64,000 bases of DNA from an uncultured Gammaproteobacteria bacterium (GTDB lineage: Bacteria; Patescibacteriota; Microgenomatia; Levybacterales; GWA1-39-11), in the NCBI GenBank assembly GCA_964485575.1, contig CAZAJO010000005.1:1389-65388 (forward strand). Reading direction: 5' to 3'. A program made the position numbers and the translations under genes. Under the pieces are notes generated by a model that worked only from the letters and a program-made list of their open reading frames with translations, was not told the DNA's origin and made no database searches. Below, piece after piece: positions 18,638 through 27,534 of the stretch; positions within the stretch are counted from its first letter, which is position 1, and the number at the start of each line of letters is the position of its first letter.

Positions 18638-19096
18638 TTAGCAGGAAATTTCGAGGGCTTGCACTCCATTAAATTCCTCATAACCCTCAGTGAGCCTTTT
18701 ATTATTTGCTTCTTTAACAAAGTTAAGTAAAATTCCAGTACCCCAAACTTCTTCATTTTCTCTAACTTGTTTCCTCAACTCTTGTATATATCTTTTTACC
18801 TGAACTGGAAATTCCTCCTTGATACCTGGCTCCGCCTTTAACTCTACGATAACAGCAGTTTTACGTCCATCATTTTTAAGCCAAACTACAAGATCTGGCC
18901 TAACGTCCCCAATGATATGTCCACTGTACGTTATTGGTAATGGCCTTTCGGTCTCATACATAATTCCTTTATCTCGAAGGGCTGTTTCCATGGCGTTGTG
19001 ATAAATCCCTTCAAGCCACCCCGGACCAAGCTCGGTCATGATTGACGAAGCGCACTCTTTTAAAGTAGCTATTAATTGTCCAACTTGCTCTTCCAT
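18638..19096 (-). CDS. GxxExxY protein (PD-(D/E)XK nuclease fold)
   Basis: LGPGWLEGIYHNAM, RPDLVV, IVELKA, GILLNF. Confidence 0.88.
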   Translation of the reverse strand: MEEQVGQLIATLKECASSIMTELGPGWLEGIYHNAMETALRDKGIMYETERPLPITYSGHIIGDVRPDLVVWLKNDGRKTAVIVELKAEPGIKEEFPVQVKRYIQELRKQVRENEEVWGTGILLNFVKEANNKRLTEGYEEFNGVQALEISC

Positions 19097-19133
19097 AATT
19101 ATATTGTAACTCTATAACATCTTCTCCTCAATA

Positions 19134-20060
19134 TTATTTATCAGGGGCTGCATCATATGATTCCTTAACAATTGGAAAAACATAATTCAAATCTTTAGGG
19201 TTACTTATCTCAACCCACCACAAAGGAGTTTTACCCCAAGCATATGATGCTGGGATTTTTGTAAATCTTTTTTCCTTGTCATTTATTACTTCTTTTCTAA
19301 CAGTGATTCTAAGCTTTTCTTTAAAAAAATGGATAGCAACAAAGTTGTACCAGCTTACTTTGTAGCCGATGTAATTTCCTACCGGCTTTTCCTGAATTTT
19401 ACTATCTAAACCAAAAATTTGTTCACGCAGTTCCTGGAATAAGTCCTGAATATTTTTAGATGACTTTTTTAAATGGTCCTCAACAGTATAGGTTACGATT
19501 TCCTTTGCTGCAGTTCCTGTAAGACTACTCGATGATTTTTTCTCAAGCTTTTTATCACCACCTATTGGATTTATTTGGTCGTACTCAATAAGTCCTCCCT
19601 CGTATATGCCCACTTCCCACAACTCGAAAGGCAAATTAGGTGAGAGTGCTCTTTTTTGATAGGTACTAAATTTGGGACCGATGAACATTACTCGTGTCTG
19701 TCCCCAGTCGACATTTTTCTTGTCTATTGTCTTCCCAGTTTTTGTAATATATTCAAGCAAAACATCGGCCTTATGATCCAATACTAAATTAAGATAAGTC
19801 TGTCCTTGGTCCATCAACGAGAAATTTTCAACCTTCTTGTATTCGATAATTACAAAAGAATTGATAGCGGTATCAAAAGCAAGAGAATCGAGCCAAAAGG
19901 ACTCTATATTAAATTCTGTTGCTATAAATTCTAGACCGAAAAGTTCTTGTAAATTGTACTCAGTAAAATTCTGAAGTTCTTTTTCTTTTTTGAAATGAGA
20001 ATCAAACCCAACTTCTCGGACAGGTGTTAACTTTTTCCCATTTATTTTAAATAAAGCCAT
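19134..20060 (-). CDS. NucS/EndoMS-like PD-(D/E)XK domain fused to DUF5655-like domain
   Basis: EKELQ...LDSLAFD...IIEYKK...QGQTY; C-terminal YTVEDHL...YIGYK. Confidence 0.7.
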   Translation of the reverse strand: MALFKINGKKLTPVREVGFDSHFKKEKELQNFTEYNLQELFGLEFIATEFNIESFWLDSLAFDTAINSFVIIEYKKVENFSLMDQGQTYLNLVLDHKADVLLEYITKTGKTIDKKNVDWGQTRVMFIGPKFSTYQKRALSPNLPFELWEVGIYEGGLIEYDQINPIGGDKKLEKKSSSSLTGTAAKEIVTYTVEDHLKKSSKNIQDLFQELREQIFGLDSKIQEKPVGNYIGYKVSWYNFVAIHFFKEKLRITVRKEVINDKEKRFTKIPASYAWGKTPLWWVEISNPKDLNYVFPIVKESYDAAPDK

Positions 20061-20211
20061 TTGAGGTGAATTATATTTGAGTGTAAGCTCAAATACAAGC
20101 TATATGCTTATACGCTCAGTTCAAAACAAAAGCAATTGAGGCCAAACTATAAGTCAAATAAAATATCACTAAACTCAATAGCCTAGGGTATATATGCTTA
20201 TAGGATATTAG

Positions 20212-20367
20212 CTAGATAGAAGAATACAAAGCCATTTGATCTTCGTTGGCTTTTTTTACAATTTCTTTCAACATTTTCTTTTTCTCGTCGGCCTTTGACA
20301 AGACAAAAAATCTAGAAAAATCTGTAGTAGGAATAAACGATTTTTTCTTTAAAAAGCTAAATACCAT
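20212..20367 (-). CDS. Small 51-aa protein downstream of zeta toxin (candidate antitoxin or partner)
   Basis: Below ORF-track cutoff; MVFSFLKKKSFIPTTDFSRFFVLSKADEKKKMLKEIVKKANEDQMALYSSI; ATG begins 2 nt after the zeta stop. Confidence 0.65.
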   Translation of the reverse strand: MVFSFLKKKSFIPTTDFSRFFVLSKADEKKKMLKEIVKKANEDQMALYSSI

Positions 20368-20369
20368 AG

Positions 20370-21065
20370 TTAATCTAACAATTTTTCGAGTTCAATTGTA
20401 GTATACATCCTCTTGATATAATAATCAACCTTATCCTTATTAAGTTCTAGGGCATCGAGATTTTGTTGAAAATTTTTTACTACAATGTTAAGTTTAATCT
20501 TATTTCCATAGAGTTTCTTTGCATTATTAACATTATCTATTGATTTAATATAGGCCTTTATAAAAACTTTTTTAGGAACGTTTCTGAACTCTTTCAATTC
20601 CCTTTTCTTTGTATAAGCCCAAGAAAGTAATGGATCCTGATATAGAAAATAAATTTCTACGTTCCTATTATGCTTGAGGGAATGATCAATATTCCCCAAT
20701 GCATCATTATATGCAAAAGTTCCATCAAGGATTATATTCAATCCCATTTTACATGCATAGTCATAAAGAATATTTACTCCTTTAGTTGCCGCCTTTTGGA
20801 AAATATATGCTTTTTTTCCTTTATAACCACTTACGAATTTTCTTATTTCATCAGCGTCAATAATTACAGGCTTTTCCTTAAATGATTCAGCAAGTCTTCG
20901 AGAAAACTCAGTTTTTCCTGCTCCTGGTGAGCCGGCCATGAAAATTGTAGTAGGATAACTATCTGTTGGGGTATTCTCTGGAACAAATTTTTTAATTAGA
21001 TCTTTTCTGTGATCTTTTATCCACAAGTGGGCATCTTCACTTTCTTTTAATTCGTGTTCTTCCAT
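20370..21065 (-). CDS. Zeta-toxin-family P-loop kinase
   Basis: MAGSPGAGKTE, IDADEIR, ILDGT, R-rich lid (KRELKEFRNVP). Confidence 0.85.
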   Translation of the reverse strand: MEEHELKESEDAHLWIKDHRKDLIKKFVPENTPTDSYPTTIFMAGSPGAGKTEFSRRLAESFKEKPVIIDADEIRKFVSGYKGKKAYIFQKAATKGVNILYDYACKMGLNIILDGTFAYNDALGNIDHSLKHNRNVEIYFLYQDPLLSWAYTKKRELKEFRNVPKKVFIKAYIKSIDNVNNAKKLYGNKIKLNIVVKNFQQNLDALELNKDKVDYYIKRMYTTIELEKLLD

Positions 21066-21131
21066 AGCTTCATTTTACAAAGATAGTTAGCAAATTGCTA
21101 TTTAACATAAATTCTATTACGTCGTTAATAC

Positions 21132-22046
21132 TTAACTTACTACATCAATAAAATGTATTTGTTTATTTTTTCCCCAGTCCATAATTTTTACATACCTACC
21201 ATTGTGTTTTGTTGGGTGATTTAATTTACAACCCTCACATTCATATTTTTCAACTTTATCTGGGGTTTCCCAAAAAAGAGTTTTTTCACCTATTGTAACC
21301 TTTGTTTCGTGATGACAGCTCATGGGTATGACATATTTAAGGCCGTCCATCTGAAATATATTCCAGCTTATAATTTCAGCAAATTCTTCCAGCACATAAA
21401 GAGGTGGTCGTCTATTAAATTTAGCTTTATAGTGATCAATGAGTGTATAAAGTAGATTTTCGCGAGCAATTAAAATATTGTCACCTTGCCATTCGTAACC
21501 ATAGGAACTCTGATATGCAACTTTTGCCCACTTAATCCATTCTTTTGGCTTTTTACAGTATTTAGAAACGTAATGAAGCTTCTTGTCGAGAAAACCAACC
21601 CGGTTCTCAATCTTTATAACTGCTCCATGAGCAATTGGATTGTACCGACTTACTATAAAAGGCGCCTCACCACAAGCAATTTCAAGTTTTATTTCAGCAA
21701 CATAACTTTGCCAATTGGTTTCAGTTACTGAATTCTCATCAACCAATTTATTCATTTGGTCAATAATATGAAGTGGAGTGAACACTTCTCCCTTTTCTCT
21801 TGTACGAAAGCGCTGCTCTTCGCGGCTTTTAACAGCACGAGGCTGAATCAGCTTGCCATTAAGTCCAGTCACCAATTCAGGTTTTATCTGATTTTTTTTT
21901 GAAAACTCTTTACCGTATTTTTCGTAAGAATCAGTTGCCCAGATAATGTTCTTTTTTGTGGTCCTATCAATAAGAAGAATATCTAGAAGCTTGCCTTTCC
22001 GTCGAAGCGTGTTTTCAAGGATGTCAGCATTTTTTTCCGGTGCCAT
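21132..22046 (-). CDS. R-M accessory subunit with the SAM-binding half of an adenine MTase
   Basis: DRTTKKNIIWAT, GEVFTP, LEIACGEAPF, YGYEWQ, NIFQMDGL; no NPPY; likely start ATG 22046 next to upstream stop. Confidence 0.75.
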   Translation of the reverse strand: MAPEKNADILENTLRRKGKLLDILLIDRTTKKNIIWATDSYEKYGKEFSKKNQIKPELVTGLNGKLIQPRAVKSREEQRFRTREKGEVFTPLHIIDQMNKLVDENSVTETNWQSYVAEIKLEIACGEAPFIVSRYNPIAHGAVIKIENRVGFLDKKLHYVSKYCKKPKEWIKWAKVAYQSSYGYEWQGDNILIARENLLYTLIDHYKAKFNRRPPLYVLEEFAEIISWNIFQMDGLKYVIPMSCHHETKVTIGEKTLFWETPDKVEKYECEGCKLNHPTKHNGRYVKIMDWGKNKQIHFIDVVS

Positions 22047-22047
22047 G

Positions 22048-25000
22048 TTATTCCACGGCTTTGACATGTGTTTCGATGAATTGAATTTCTTTCTCATCAA
22101 GTCCATACTTTTTATAAAGCTGTCTGTCTATATCTGCGATGGATTTGGTCCAATCGATATCTGAATCAGATGTAAAGTCTTGGATAGGTATATATATCCA
22201 TTTTGATGGTGGGTTATCTTGCGTAATCTTTAGCACACCTAACAAGCACCTTAATAATTTTGTTTTGATATATTTTGCAGCATTAATTGCCTCAATTTCT
22301 TTATCAAAAGCCCCAATACTTATGAATGTCGGTGTAGCTGAATCTGATGGTCCACCAACTACCGGTTTACTCAAAATTTCACCAAAGGAACCACTACCGT
22401 TTGCCTTGGGAATAAAAATCTTCCATTTGCCTAGATTATTTTTTTGAGGATAGCGCGGAACCATAAATTTTTTCTCTATCCATCGCCATACTCTTTCTCC
22501 CCGATATAAGCCTAAAATTCTATAGTAATCACTTGAGTTGCTAGGATTTTGCTTCTTGAAAACATCAGTTAAGGATTCAAAAGTTGATGACTTCAATTCG
22601 TATTCTTCATTTGGTCCAAGCTCTGTGACCTCCGGGTGCTTTGCTTGAATATTCAAAAGTCGATCTTTTTTGGAATTTGGATATTCTTTTAGAAATTCTT
22701 CGTTAAATTTCAGGTCTGATCTTCCCCCAAGCATGATTGATGAAAGATTATTTTCACTGCCAGGATTGACCTTTGAAATTATTATTCTTAAATTTGCGTC
22801 TGGAATAAATTTCTTGATAGCACCAAAATTCTTGTTTTCGTCATAATAAATAATAGCTACTCCTCCTTTTATATCAGTGTTCGGAAACACTTCTTTTGAA
22901 TTTGGGTTGTAATACTGAACTTTTAAATGAGCATTATTCAGCATCTTTAAATTCCATAGCTCAGGCGTTAATCCTGCATTAAAAAGGAAGCGAGCAGGAG
23001 AAATTATGCAGTATTTTTTACTAATTCTCTCCGCTAAATCATAAAAATATTGGTAAATAGGTTCTTGTCGATTGTATCCATCGGAAGATACCTGATATGG
23101 GGGGTTCCCAACAACAACGTCAAATTTCATATTTTTGTCTTCATTAAATTTAACTAATAATTCTTCTTCTGTATTCGTTATTCCTTGCCTTAATTTCTTT
23201 ACTAGATCTTCTATATATACAACATTCATCCTCGCACCACCATATCCAGCTAGCGTACGACGGGTTATCATTTGAGCCATTGGACTTTTACAGAGCACGA
23301 AAATATTGTCTGATAGAACTTTATTCCAAAGTTGTCTAGATATTTTGTCCTCAGGATTTTTGGCCTTTCTTAACTGCCTTGAATATATGTTATAGGTCGC
23401 AAGTAAGGGATAGAGCCCTGATTTTGAATTTATCTCAAGTATTTTAGTGTCGTCTTGTGACCAAATCTCTGTAGCCTCACCTTGAATTTTCCATTCTGGC
23501 TTTCCTGATTGATCAATAATTCCACCACGGAAGTCATGACCACCCAAAGTCATAACCATTTGCATATTTACAACATTCCATGGAGTGAGTACTGTCTCCT
23601 TATCTGGATTCTTGAAAGTTGCGAATATCTCAGCTATCGCCTGTATTCGTTCAGTTGGCAAAAGATCATCGCAGTCATAAGTTTTTGCTCGAATGCTGCG
23701 GGTAACACCACGAAATACTTCTTCATCATAATATTTAATGAAGCTTCGGAACAAATCTTTACTTAGTCCTGCCGGCATAAATTCTTTCCATGATTCTTCA
23801 TCAACAAGATCAATAAAATCTTGCAGGGTAATATCTTTATGAAGAGAAACATTAGCTCCATAGACCATCATTGGCATACGTATACTAACGGCTCGCAAGA
23901 TACTAATGGCACTCCTTTTTTGCTCTCGTGCTTCCTTGAGTTTTCTTAGCGCTTCTTTCTCTTCTTCTGATAGTTCTCTTTTTTGTTTCTTTCGTTCTTC
24001 TTCCTCGGCTTTTTGTATTTCAAGATCTGTCATTCCAAGACTATTAACCTCAATCTCGTTAATACGTTCATTTGTACTTGAACCAATAATGGCTTTCAAT
24101 TTATTAAAATTATTGATCGCTAATTCATCCAATTTAAGTAGCTCATCATTGTACAGTTTGGGGTCATCAAACCCATTGCGACTTACACGATCAATAATCG
24201 CCTTCTTAAGCTGATTAAGCATCGAGCCTACATCGTAAGGCTTCATAGATCCTCCTTCTGCTGCAAGAATAGGACAGAAATTAAGAAATTGGCTCATTGC
24301 GTCTTTTTGCTCAGGTGTATTTGTCTTGCCTGATTTATGATTTAGCTCTATAGCTTCGGCAATTAGCTTAAGAGTGCGGTCAGGAGCAAAATCGAACACA
24401 TACCCTTGGGTCTTAAGCTTTCCGTCAATTTTTGCTGGTGTTTGACATCGAAATGCAGTCTGTAAGTAAGCAGTAGCAGAGCTTGTATCTGACATCATAA
24501 AGACTGCTGTCCATTCCGGAATCGATGCACCTGTGGTCAGACGCTGACCCGTAAGTGTAATTGTGTACTCATTGGCCTTTATAGCATTTGTCACTCGCTC
24601 TTTTGCATCCTTATCTTCCTCGTCAACATGATTATTTCCTGAAATGTTTACTATTCCGAACTGACCAAAAATTGGGTGTTCTTTGAGCAACTTCTCCATA
24701 GCTTCAATAACTTTAACTCGATTAGGCAATAGCCACAAAGAGTGCTTATTGTAGTTACGGTATTCTTCTGTTGCATATGGAAACTTTGTTTGGAGTGTAT
24801 TGTCCACTAGTAAATCCAAGAATTTATTAACCATCTCTTCATGAACAAACTCTGCAACATCATTACCTTCATCGTCTTTATGTACTCGAAAAAATTCATG
24901 GAATTTGAAAGCACCATCTAGTGCATCTTTAAATTCAGTACCAAGACTTCCGATGTGACTTGCATATTTATCAATATCATAAGTAAACATGCTAAGAGCC

Positions 25001-26073
25001 GGTAATTCAGCATAGGGATTTGGCTTACCAGGATGATGCACGTCCCAGAAGAACTTCTCTTCCTGCTCCATCACATAATCCCAAGTATAAATATCTCTTT
25101 CTTCGTGCTTATGTAAAATATTAAATGGTGTACCTGAAAGTTGAAGAGTGAAGTTTCTTGGAATTTTTTCAAAAGTAGCTTCTCCTAGGATGCTTTGAGT
25201 ACCTTCATGAGCCTCATCTACGATAAGCATATCCCAAGTTGCATCGAAGACTTCATCGTTTTTATCAAATCCTCGCGCACCTGAATGAGCTGCTTCATCT
25301 ACAACAACTCTTTTGGAAAGACGTAAATCTTGTAATGAAGCAAAATAAATAAAAGGCTTATCACCTTTAACAAGTGTGCTAATATTTTCACCCTTAGTTC
25401 TGGATGAATATTCGTAATTTGTGCCTTCAAATACTTTATTAAAGTCGTCATACCAGTCTACACTTACGCTCGGACGATGCGTAACGATGAGCACCTTTTT
25501 CATCTCATTATCTTTGGCTACCTGCATAGCAGCTGATGTTTTACCAAAGCGCATTTTGGCATTCCAGAGAAAATGTTTACGATTTTGCTTGATTGCCTTG
25601 GTGGTTTTTTCTATAGCATCAAGTTGATTAGGTCTGAAGACAAATTCTCCATGCTTTTCATTTATTCTTTCTTCGGTATTAAGAGAAATCCGGCCTTCTC
25701 TAGCAGCGTTTATTGCATTTTTTGCTACATCAAGACTGATTTCAAACCATTCAGAATGATAATTTTTTGTATTTTCTGATTTTCGCTGGAAACCTGAACG
25801 CATCAATATTCGATGCACGGGTTTATCAACATCTTCAGGCTTATTGCCTGGAGTGGTTAAGATTTCAGCCAATAGTAATTTGTATGCCACGTCAGCTGTC
25901 TTTGTCTGTTGCTCGATGCGTTTTCTTGCAGCTTTTTCTATGGCTTCTTTTGAATTTATTGTTGTCGTTGCAGCACCAATCTTGAGCCGTCCCTTGTGAC
26001 TTCCGTCCCCAATGGTATAAACGTAAATGACTCCGTAGGAGAAAGTCTCATGAATTACATGTTGATTATCCAT
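22048..26073 (-). CDS. Fused R-M enzyme: GIY-YIG-like nuclease, SF2 helicase/ATPase, Eco57I-like N6-MTase and TRD
   Basis: VIYVY...LKIG...SEWF; AKMRFGKT; VDEAH; QTAFRCQT; VVGNPPY; Eco57I-like C-terminus. Confidence 0.88.
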   Translation of the reverse strand: MDNQHVIHETFSYGVIYVYTIGDGSHKGRLKIGAATTTINSKEAIEKAARKRIEQQTKTADVAYKLLLAEILTTPGNKPEDVDKPVHRILMRSGFQRKSENTKNYHSEWFEISLDVAKNAINAAREGRISLNTEERINEKHGEFVFRPNQLDAIEKTTKAIKQNRKHFLWNAKMRFGKTSAAMQVAKDNEMKKVLIVTHRPSVSVDWYDDFNKVFEGTNYEYSSRTKGENISTLVKGDKPFIYFASLQDLRLSKRVVVDEAAHSGARGFDKNDEVFDATWDMLIVDEAHEGTQSILGEATFEKIPRNFTLQLSGTPFNILHKHEERDIYTWDYVMEQEEKFFWDVHHPGKPNPYAELPALSMFTYDIDKYASHIGSLGTEFKDALDGAFKFHEFFRVHKDDEGNDVAEFVHEEMVNKFLDLLVDNTLQTKFPYATEEYRNYNKHSLWLLPNRVKVIEAMEKLLKEHPIFGQFGIVNISGNNHVDEEDKDAKERVTNAIKANEYTITLTGQRLTTGASIPEWTAVFMMSDTSSATAYLQTAFRCQTPAKIDGKLKTQGYVFDFAPDRTLKLIAEAIELNHKSGKTNTPEQKDAMSQFLNFCPILAAEGGSMKPYDVGSMLNQLKKAIIDRVSRNGFDDPKLYNDELLKLDELAINNFNKLKAIIGSSTNERINEIEVNSLGMTDLEIQKAEEEERKKQKRELSEEEKEALRKLKEAREQKRSAISILRAVSIRMPMMVYGANVSLHKDITLQDFIDLVDEESWKEFMPAGLSKDLFRSFIKYYDEEVFRGVTRSIRAKTYDCDDLLPTERIQAIAEIFATFKNPDKETVLTPWNVVNMQMVMTLGGHDFRGGIIDQSGKPEWKIQGEATEIWSQDDTKILEINSKSGLYPLLATYNIYSRQLRKAKNPEDKISRQLWNKVLSDNIFVLCKSPMAQMITRRTLAGYGGARMNVVYIEDLVKKLRQGITNTEEELLVKFNEDKNMKFDVVVGNPPYQVSSDGYNRQEPIYQYFYDLAERISKKYCIISPARFLFNAGLTPELWNLKMLNNAHLKVQYYNPNSKEVFPNTDIKGGVAIIYYDENKNFGAIKKFIPDANLRIIISKVNPGSENNLSSIMLGGRSDLKFNEEFLKEYPNSKKDRLLNIQAKHPEVTELGPNEEYELKSSTFESLTDVFKKQNPSNSSDYYRILGLYRGERVWRWIEKKFMVPRYPQKNNLGKWKIFIPKANGSGSFGEILSKPVVGGPSDSATPTFISIGAFDKEIEAINAAKYIKTKLLRCLLGVLKITQDNPPSKWIYIPIQDFTSDSDIDWTKSIADIDRQLYKKYGLDEKEIQFIETHVKAVE

Positions 26074-26179
26074 AAAATAACTTCTTGAGGGTATTCTACC
26101 ACTCTTGAGGCTGAAATGCTATTTTTTGAGGATTCTCGATTCTTCTATAATTATAACTCTATTAACAAATGCTGCACTT

Positions 26180-26434
26180 CTATGTGTGACATAAAAATCC
26201 CAAAGACCACCAATAACAATGACCAGAAAAAATATCAACAAACCACTTAACTATATATATCCAATAATTAATGGTCCAAAGAACAATGGATAGTACCACA
26301 ATTATCCCTATGATGTTTCTTCCAAGATTCTGCATTTTTTGGGAAGATTTTATTTCGGTACTTTTTTCTAATTCATCTTTAATTACTTTGGGTAAATCTG
26401 GATAAGTCATAAAAGTTTTTATATGAGAATTCAA
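26180..26434 (-). CDS. Small hypothetical membrane protein
   Basis: 84 aa with TM; 4-bp overlap with upstream ORF. Confidence 0.5.
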   Translation of the reverse strand: MNSHIKTFMTYPDLPKVIKDELEKSTEIKSSQKMQNLGRNIIGIIVVLSIVLWTINYWIYIVKWFVDIFSGHCYWWSLGFLCHT

Positions 26435-26670
26435 ATATCATTTTTTTGTTCAAACATTTTTAAGAGCAGGGGTTCTGAAATGGCTACCGTTACTGCTCCT
26501 CCAAAAAAACTCCCTGTAATTTCCTTAATGATTAATCCGATAATTAAGGCTACTATAGTAGCAATTATTATGCCAAATTTTTTATACTTCTGTTTTGATG
26601 TTGATTGGGAATCGTTTTTTCTCCTTCTTTTTCGAAGCAGATAAAAAATGAAAGTAACAGGAAGAAGCAT
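26431..26670 (-). CDS. Small hypothetical membrane protein
   Basis: 79 aa or more with TM segments; frame stays open upstream. Confidence 0.45.
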   Translation of the reverse strand: MLLPVTFIFYLLRKRRRKNDSQSTSKQKYKKFGIIIATIVALIIGLIIKEITGSFFGGAVTVAISEPLLLKMFEQKNDI

Positions 26671-26796
26671 AATAATTAGAAAGAAAATCGAAGTAAAAAT
26701 ATCAAATAAAAATTTTATGTCTATACCAAAATTGTACCACTAGACAAGTGCGAAGCAAGGAGAGGTTTTCTGAGGCTGGATTGCTAATAATTTTAC

Positions 26797-27405
26797 CTAA
26801 TCGACTTTGAGGTATTTGTCATCCGAAAGGCCTGCGCTTCGGCGGAGCTCGTATAGTCTTCCAAATTGAAAAAGGATTTCATTCTTTTTCTGATGGTAAC
26901 TTGCTATAGCATCTGATAACACCTCGGGGTTATTTTGCCAAATAGACGAATCTGTCACAATATCCATATCTTGTTGTTGAAGATAAAAAAGACGAGAAAT
27001 ATCTTGATACCCATCTATTACCTGCCTGTATTCCAATTCTCTTTTAGTGTCGGTAGGAGCCTGCGTGCTATTTGCCGAAGTTGCAGATCCGGCTATTACT
27101 CCAAAAAGAAATATTCCAAAAATTGCAGAAGCGCCCCAAATTACTCTAGGAATTGCTGACAATATGCGTATGGGATATTTTTTTAATCCCAGTACTCGAA
27201 TTCCAATTGAAGTGTGAGAGAACCATCTATATATTGCCTTACGCTTAAAAAATATTACTGTACCTCCAACAAAATAAAGAAAGAGAAAGAAGTTGGAAGG
27301 ATTCTGGTATATAAATACATAAAAAAGAAGAACAGAAAGACCCAAAATTGAATAAGCTAGTAACCGTATCCTGTCGTGAAAGTAACTCTTTTTTCTGCCT
27401 GCCAT
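26797..27405 (-). CDS. Hypothetical membrane protein
   Basis: 3 TM plus helical C-terminus; TGGTACAAT 6 nt before ATG 27405. Confidence 0.6.
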   Translation of the reverse strand: MAGRKKSYFHDRIRLLAYSILGLSVLLFYVFIYQNPSNFFLFLYFVGGTVIFFKRKAIYRWFSHTSIGIRVLGLKKYPIRILSAIPRVIWGASAIFGIFLFGVIAGSATSANSTQAPTDTKRELEYRQVIDGYQDISRLFYLQQQDMDIVTDSSIWQNNPEVLSDAIASYHQKKNEILFQFGRLYELRRSAGLSDDKYLKVD

Positions 27406-27534
27406 ACTCAAATTGTACCACCTGACACTAGCATAACAAGGAGAATTTTTTTGAGGGTGGGATGGTTTTGTTGTTAAATTTTTTAAATAAGACTAAACTT
27501 ATTATGTGCTTATTCACGGGAAGGGGGTGAATAT

